Assembly (NCBI GenBank): GCA_951406725.2
Contig: OX597831.1
Span: 23,560,001 to 23,624,000, forward strand
Direction of reading: 5' to 3'
Origin: Octopus vulgaris
Lineage: Eukaryota
Length of the DNA: 64,000 nt
Shown here piece by piece: positions 56,011 through 64,000 of this stretch. The translations under genes and the position numbers were made by a program. The notes below the pieces were generated by a model. It did not search any database. It was not told the origin of the DNA and saw only the letters and a list, made by a program, of their open reading frames with translations. Positions within the stretch are counted from its first letter, which is position 1, and every line of letters begins with the position of its first letter.

Positions 56011-56321
56011 GTGGAGGCGCAATGGCCCAGTGGTTAGGGCAGCGGACTCGCGGTCATAGGATCGCGGTTTCGATTCCCAGACCGGGCATTGTGAGTGTTT
56101 ATTGAGCGAAAACATCTAAAAGCTCCACGACGCTCCGGCAGAGGGTGGTGATCCCTGCTGTACTCTTTCACCACTCTTTCTCCCACTCTTTCTTCTGTTG
56201 GTCTGCTCGATTAGCCAGTGGGGTGGCGTCATTCGAAGGCTAAAACAATGTGAAGCGCATTGTGACCAGCGACGTGTAACAATATCTTGATGGTCTGGTC
56301 GGTCACGGTGATCACGGTGAT
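56011..56321 (+). mobile_element. SINE family C (tRNA-derived head GGCGCAATGGCCCAGTGGTTAGG…TTCGATTCCC)
   Basis: A and B boxes, (TCACGGTGA)-type tail, and TATAATAATAAT on both flanks. Confidence 0.88.
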
Positions 56322-56388
56322 ATAATAATAATATTAACATCTGATAGCCGGGTCGTAAAAAAAAAAAATTTAGAAATGTAGGCAGATT

Positions 56389-56551
56389 GGCGCAGGAGTG
56401 GCTGTGTGGTAAGTAGCTTGCTAACCAACCTCATGGTTCCGGGTTCAGTCCTACTGCGTGGCACCTTGGGCAAGTGTCTTCTGCTATAGCCCCGGGCCGA
56501 CCAATGCCTTGTGAGTGGATTTGGTAGACGGAAACTGAAAGAAGCCTGTCG

Positions 56552-56588
<37 letters not shown>

Positions 56589-56806
56589 TTGTGTGTCTGT
56601 GTTTGTCCCCCTAGCATTGCTTGACAACCGATGCTGTTGTGTTTACGTCCCCGTCACTTAGCGGTTCGGCAAAAAAGAGACCAATAGAATAAGTACTGGG
56701 CTTACAAAGAATAAGTCCCGGGGTCAATTTGTTCGACTAAAGGCGGTGCTCCAGCATGGCCGCAGTCAAATGACTGAAACAAGTAAAAGAGTAAAAGAGT
56801 AAAGAG
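56389..56806 (+). mobile_element. SINE family A, near-consensus young copy; further + strand partial copies at 40986-41160, 44224-44340, 44741-44852 and 62590-62756
   Basis: A-box-like TGGCTGTGTGG, B-box-like GGTTCAGTCC, (GTAAAAGA)n tail. AGATTGGC occurs at both boundaries (likely TSD). Confidence 0.93.
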
Positions 56807-57880
56807 ATTGGCACCCTTAGTCACACCAAATGATGACTGAATTTTTTCCTTAATGGTATCACATTATAGCTAGCTGTTTATATTAGTTTACATATATATA
56901 TATATATATATAGTTCCAGTCAACACAGAATTGGCATTGCTGTGTTGTTGTGACATTCCCTTTACAACCAATGTGATTCATGATACATTAGCGGTGTATT
57001 GACTAATGACTCATGAGTAGAATTCCAGGGATGGAAAGTGTATTGATGTCTGTTGCAATATAGGGATAATTAGATATAAAATACTCCTGTTGATGTACGC
57101 ATGTGTATCTTTAGATGGTTATTCGTATCCTTCTGCGAAGTATATGAATAAAGCTAGAAAAGAATATGTGCTTTACAAGTGAAATTCTTTGAAATATTTG
57201 TGTTCTGCATTGGGTTTACAAGCGTCCCCTTGTTACTCTTGCCATCAGAAATGCAGTGAACCAGGGATGCTATTCCTTGTAAATTGCAATGTATAATCCC
57301 ACAATGGGGCCAAACTGGCAGAATCATTAGCATGCCAGTTCAAATCCCCCTTAAAGGCAAGGTTGACTTTGTCTTACATCTTTTCAAGGTTGATAAAATA
57401 AGTCCCAGTTGAACATGACAGGGTGATATAATTGACTTACCCCTCCCCCGAAATTTCTGGACTTGTACCAAAATTTGAAACTAATATATAATGCACACAA
57501 AGGCAGCAAGATGGGAGAACCATTAGCATGCCAGGCAAAATGCATAGCACCATTTTGTCTATTTTTACATTCTGAGATGAAATTCTACTGAGGTCAACTT
57601 TACCTTTCATACATTTGGGATCAATAGAATAAGTACAAAACGAGGACAAGGGTTGATGTAATTGACTTACCCTCTGCCCCAAAATTGCTGGCTTTGTGCT
57701 AAATTTTGAAACCAATATATGATCCACACCCACATCTCCATAAATAAATGCATGTGTGTATGCTTTAATGGTTTCTACTTCAATGCAGAACACATGATAC
57801 TCGTTGTTAGGTTGTCTTTCTCAGCTTAATGACAAACTAACAATGACAAAGTATGATTATATCTTGTATTATTTTTTGGA

Positions 57881-57993
57881 GTTAGTAGCCTGCACTCTTA
57901 ACCACTATGCCATATGCCCGTGGGCATATGGCATAGTGGTTAAGAGTGCAGGCTACTAACCCCAAGATTCCGAGTTTGATACCAAGCCACGAT

Positions 57994-58036
<43 letters not shown>

Positions 58037-58278
58037 TCTTGCAAACAACTTGCACATGCAAGTGCTACCAGTCAAAAGCTCCATATACAGGAAGCCAGCA
58101 AGTGTATGGGGTCATCAGGAGAGAATGCGCGCCCTTTTCGGGGCCTACCTCTCGACCGACGGCATCATTGCACACCGGTCCCCCCCTCACTGATATGAGG
58201 CCCCGCTTGCTAGATCAGCTGGTTATAACATTAAACTCAATATCCTTCTAGCCATCGCTCATCGTCTCTTTTTAACCA

Positions 58279-58309
<31 letters not shown>

Positions 58310-58458
58310 TAAAAAAATACCTTAGGAATGAGAACCCAGATTTGAAATTTCCCCAAGACACCTGTTGAATGCTGGAGGGTATACCAGCTGAAACGCTGTG
58401 TGAAAAACAAACAAGATGAGGACAAATATCCGTCAAATGTAAATAATGTAAATAATGT
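57881..58458 (+). mobile_element. Composite element: 5' fold-back, tRNA-like head, (AAT)n and a hammerhead-like body; second copy at 60708-60940 (-)
   Basis: A-box-like TGGCATAGTGG and B-box-like GAGTTTGATACC. The body 58311-58458 matches the reverse complement of 60708-60843. Both copies show the same head-(AAT)n-body order. Confidence 0.8.
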
Positions 58459-58841
58459 TCCACCAATCAGTCACCCTGGGTCCATACCTTTTTATTAACC
58501 TAAAAAAAAACAAAGTTGTTCGCCAGGGGATTTGAACTTGCAGCTAAGAGATTCGCAACAAAAGCATTGAAGTATTGTATCCAGTCCTCTAATGACTCTG
58601 TACTTTAGGCTAAAAACCATCAGTCATATTTGAAGTTTCATTACCATGGGATTGATAGCATAGTACTAATATGGTTTGATCCAATGAAATATAGCTTTTC
58701 TCATCTATAAAAGCAAATTAGCTTTATGCTTATTTAAGAAATCAATAATACAATCTGTCTATAAAGATGCTTAATCTTGTTTTGAAGACAGTTTTAGAAC
58801 AATTCCTAAGTTAACATGTGATCTGCAACTGCACTACCAGA

Positions 58842-59081
<240 letters not shown>

Positions 59082-59662
59082 GTTGTTGTGTCTGGGGAGA
59101 GTCATTCTCTTTTTGTGCCTTATAACGTAACACACTCACTGGTAAAATTTCCACTTATTTCTTATTTCTATTTTCCTAAAATTTTCGTTGCGTTTTGCAA
59201 CCCTTTCAAAAAAGAAATATTATTATTTTTTATTTTTTTTATTAATTTTTAAGAGCAGTTGGGTTATTTTTAGTATTCTTGTTTGTGAGAGCAGTTGAGT
59301 TTATTTCAGATATTCTCATTTTAAAAACCATCTCTGGCTCATCATTGAGAGGGCGCTGGTGTTGCCTTGGCAGAAGTTTGCGCTCTCTGAGTGCTCTTAT
59401 TACTATTATTATTGTTGTTGTTGTTGTTAGGGGCCAAGCTAGCAGAATTCTTACCACATTGGGCAAAATGCTTAGCGACATTTCATCCTTCTTTACATTC
59501 TGTCTTCAAATTCCGCCAAGGTCGACTTTGACTTTCATCTTTTAAGGATCGATAGAATAAATACCAATTGATCATTCACATTGACGTGATCAATATTTAC
59601 CTCTTCCCTAAAAAAACTGCTGGCCTTGTGCCAAAATTTGAAACCACTATTATTATCATTAC

Positions 59663-59740
<78 letters not shown>

Positions 59741-60851
59741 CATAGTTGTTATTTAGAATTCATTCAGGTTTAAAAAGCGACGTACTCTAACTCTGTTGTT
59801 AACACTATGTAAAGAATCCAGTTATATCAAGACTATTGTAGCATTTTGACAAAAATGCTAAGAATTTCCCCCAAAATCTATCTTCACAGCAAGACAGTGT
59901 TTACACACTCAAAAGCAAGCTAAATATAAATAGCCATTCAAAAAAAACTAAAAATAGAAGCTAACTTCAAAAAAGCTAAAAATAGAAGCTAACTCTTACT
60001 AAAATCCCACTCTGCAACCTTTAAAAAAAAAACAGAGACTTCGGTATCCTGGGTAATGCAAGTCCCTGATACGTTATATCTAAAAGGTGGGCTTGTCATA
60101 CATTCTACTCAATCAGGGCTGGCTTAGAGCTTAACAACAACAACAAAAGCAACTGCTTAGTTCACATGTTTTTGGTATGCTGTGTACATAAGCATGGCAG
60201 CATTTTTTGTTTTCTTTTTTTAAGCAACATCACACAGCATATTGCAGAATGTTTATATGGCATCTCCACCTATAACAGAGAACATGTGACTTATATATAG
60301 CGGAGTGCTGCAGGAAGTCTACAAAAAGTAAAAATTACAATAGTAGAGAGAATTGTTGATCTAACCTCTAGCAGTCTTCACAACAATACTAATAATGTTT
60401 GCATTCATGAAAGAGATTTCTTTTCATATGCTCTGAGGTATAATTTACAGTTTAATTTCAAAGATAAATATCATTACTTTTGCAAGGTAAGGCATTTGGG
60501 TGTATAAAATGTAAACTTGCAGCAAACCAAAATAAAGTTCCATTTCATTTTAGATATAAACATGTCTTTGAAAACAACATTTTTTATTGCATCTTCTGTT
60601 TGACACTCATTCCACCAACCTAGAAAAAAAAAGGCAAAATATGGAAGGCAGCAAACCCATGACAACATAGAGTAACTTGGTTCTATATTTAAAAGATGAG
60701 GAATTATAAACATTATTTACATTTGACGGATATTTGTCCTCATCTTTTTTGTTGTTAACACGTTTTGGCTGTTATACCCTCCAGTCTTCATCAGGTATCT
60801 TGGGGAAATTTCAAACCAGGGTTCTCATTCCTAAGGTATTTTTCGATGTTG

Positions 60852-60894
<43 letters not shown>

Positions 60895-61001
60895 GGTTAG
60901 TAGCCCATGCTCTTAACCACTATACCATATGCCTTTGGGCAATTATGGAGTGAATTTTAGGGATTATAAATCCAATATTTTCCTATCCTTCTTAAATATA
61001 G

Positions 61002-61231
61002 AAAAAAGCACCATCCGACCATAGCCGTTTGCCAGCCCCGTCTAGCAACTGTGCCGGTGGCACATAAAAAGCACCCACTACACTCATGGAGTGGTTGGCG
61101 TTAGGAAGGGCATCCGGCCGTAGAAACACTGCCAGACCAGACTGGGTCTGGTGCAGCCTTCTGGCTTCCCAGACCCCAGTTGAACTGTCCAACCCATGCT
61201 AGCATGGAAAGCGTACGCTAAATGATGATGA
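61002..61231 (+). mobile_element. RTE 3'-end fragment with ~1 array unit
   Basis: Matches 21020-21250. Confidence 0.9.
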
Positions 61232-63067
61232 TATAAATATTACTACTTTTGCAAGGTAAGGCATTTAGGTGTATAAAATGTAAACCTGCAGCAAACCGAA
61301 ATAAAGTTCCATTTCACTTATGCTATATACATGTCTTTGAAAAAAACATTTTTATTGCATCTTCAATTTGGCACTCATTCCTCCAGCCGGGAAAAAAAAG
61401 GTAAAATATGGTGGGGAATATATATACAATAAGAACCAGGAAGCCAGCCCTTGTGAGTCTGTATACTCAGGCAGGAACTTTTAATAAGATTTTATAAACA
61501 TTGAAGATGGCTAAGAGGGTCCATCTAAATAAAGCAGGAATCAAAGGAGCCCAGTCCACTGGCAAAAAAAACGGTTGGAAACACTGCTATAAATTGCTAG
61601 CATTGATGAGAGAGAGAGAGAGAGAGAGAGAAAGGGGGGAGAGAGAGAGGGAGAGAGCATATCAAATACTTAGAAGTTGTCTATAAATGCTTGCACCCTA
61701 AATTTTGCTTTGGTTGCTTGTTGCACACTCAGCTATGCTGTCATGGTTGGCTGACTGAACGGGGAGCCATGAAGTAGTCAGGGCCTGATGAATCTACTTC
61801 ACTCTCCCTCTGGTTGTTTGGTATGGATAAGGTTGATTTAGTTCATGGTCTAATTTGTTTAAACTGAACAATGATTTCAAGATAAAAATCTGAGAACGTT
61901 TATTCATTCAGCTCCGTTGCAGTTGCGATGATTGATTGCAGTAATTAATGCAAAAACCCTCATCATATAAAAAATGAATAGAATCGTTTTGATTATTGAG
62001 CTTCTGATCAGTGAGTGTATATAAATATATGAGTAATTGGTGTAAATCTAATAAAATTCTATTATTGATGGCATGAAATATGGAAGCAGCCTCATTAATA
62101 GTTTCTGTTACAGTTTCAACAAGAAACCTAGCTATCTAATGCACCATTTCCGAATTGATATTGTCTTAAGTTGAACTGCGTTACATGCTACTATTCACTT
62201 CTTATTGTATTATAGATACTGGTCAATGTGATGCCCTGTTTGTTGTGAAGCAGATTGATACCATCTCTGTATCTGACTTGTTTAAACACGAATTGCATTG
62301 CCCTGTTTTAGAAACCATTCTTTATCTCAGAATTCTGGCAGCTTAAACTATGCACGTAAAACTGTATGGCTGCTTGTTCTGAACAGAATACATTGTGTTC
62401 GTCATTGTATTCATCATTCATTTAACAGTAGGAATAATAATTACCTTGTCACCTGAGAATGTTACCTGTTGTAGATGAACAAATGAGATACCCTCGATTA
62501 GCTAGAAATAGCAAACAACTCTCCTTTAAAATCACACTCTAATATCTTAGAAAAAGAAGAAACATAGTGGATAGAGTGTTTCTAGATGTAATGCTGGTGT
62601 GTTTACGTCCCCGTGACTTAGTGGTTCGGCAAAAGACACCAATAGAATAAGTACTAGGCTTACAAAGAATAAGTCTCGGGGTCGATTTGCACGACTGAAG
62701 GCAGTGCTCCAGCATGGCCACAATCAAATGACTGTAACAAGTGAAAGAGTAAAAGAACTAACAGTAAAATGGAAAATAATGTGTTTTTTTTTTTGTAGAG
62801 TTCCACTTTATTTGTATTTGTAAAGTTTGTTCCTACGTTCTTTTTAATAGCAAAGTCTTTGATCAGATCCTCACTACAACACCATGAACACTTTGAAATT
62901 ATATTTCTGATCATATAAACCACTTTGAATATTATTTTAGCAAGTTTAAAGTGATTTCTTTTGTGCCATAAACCATTTTCCTTGATACTCTAAGCACAAG
63001 CTTATTTTGTTTAATGGTTAATCCAGCTCTGTTTGCGCTCTGAGTTCATATTTTTATTTCTTTTTTT

Positions 63068-63473
63068 TGCCCACAAGGGGCTAAACATAGAGGGGACAAA
63101 CAAGGACAAACAAAGGGATTAAGTCGATTACATCGACCCCAGTGTGTAACTGGTACTTAATTTATCAACCCCGAAAGGATGAAAGGCAAAGTCGACCTCG
63201 GCGGAATTTGAACTCAGGACGTAGCGGCAGAGGAAATGCCTATTTCTTTACTGCCCACAAGGGGCTAAACATAGAGGGGACAAACAAGGACAGACAAACA
63301 GATTAAGTCGATTACATTGACCCCAGTGTATAAGTGGTACTTAATTTATCGACCCCGAAAGGATGAAAGGCAACGTCAACCTCGGCGGAATTTGAACTCA
63401 GAGCATAACGGCAGACGAAATACTGCTAAATATTTCGCCCAGTGTGCTAACGTTTCTGCCAGCTCGCCACCTT
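63068..63473 (-). mobile_element. SINE family B dimer, young
   Basis: A ~183-bp core plus tail is repeated twice after a single head. Confidence 0.92.
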
Positions 63474-64000
63474 AGTTCGTATTCTTCCAAGGTCAATTTT
63501 ACATTTCATCCTTTCAGACAGGAGGGGCAATCAATAGAATATAATAAATACCAGTTGAGCACTGGGGACCGATGTAATTGACTTACCCACTTCACCCGGA
63601 ATTGTTGACCTCGTGCCAAAATTTGAAATCAATATTTTCCTTTCAAACACTAAAAAAAAATATCTAATTATTAGATAGTAACCACATAAGCTGCTACTAG
63701 TTATAAACACCTAACACTCCTTCCTAGATTCACTATTGCCACTACTGCTACCATAAAAAAAAAACGAAGAAGAACATGTGACAGGATTAATTGAAACCTG
63801 AAGGTACATACTTGAAACAATACTGTATCGATTTAACTCACAATTTTCAATATACAAAATTGTAATATTGCACACTATACGACTTGTTTTAATTATCTTC
63901 TGTCATTTGGTTTTATATCCTGATACAAGCGATATCCTGAAACATGCAATATTTATAATTTTTATTACGTTTTTATGAGAGAGAGAATATCATTTTTTTT

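Noticed and set aside
56011-56085. Possible tRNA genes (also 2355-2427 and 57922-57990)
   Set aside because: They have A/B boxes but no complete cloverleaf, and they continue into repeated SINE bodies.

Overview
AT-rich, microsatellite-saturated eukaryotic DNA. The repeat families and composition point to an octopus (coleoid cephalopod) genome; this is inferred from remembered repeat patterns, not from a search. No host gene can be firmly called, and almost all listed ORFs are translations of simple repeats or SINEs. The one solid protein-coding region is a young, 5'-truncated RTE-clade LINE on the minus strand (~36664-39390). It has an RT domain, a C4HC3 PHD-type finger inside the RT C-terminal region, two single-base frameshifts and a 3' UTR carrying a tandem array of 60-66-nt structured RNA units. 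The same array module recurs, with different copy number and different repeat boundaries, in other RTE 3' fragments in the window. The rest of the window holds at least four tRNA-headed SINE families, fragments of CR1 and R4/Dong LINEs, piggyBac-like MITEs and a non-autonomous Helitron. It also has many inverted or direct repeats carrying hammerhead-ribozyme-like motifs of Penelope/retrozyme type. Best candidates for follow-up: (1) the multimerised pseudoknot-plus-hairpin array in the RTE 3' UTR; (2) a tRNA-headed element carrying a minimal hammerhead and a perfect 39-bp 5' fold-back; (3) a ~380-bp palindrome with a hammerhead on each strand. Coordinates of degenerate repeats are approximate.
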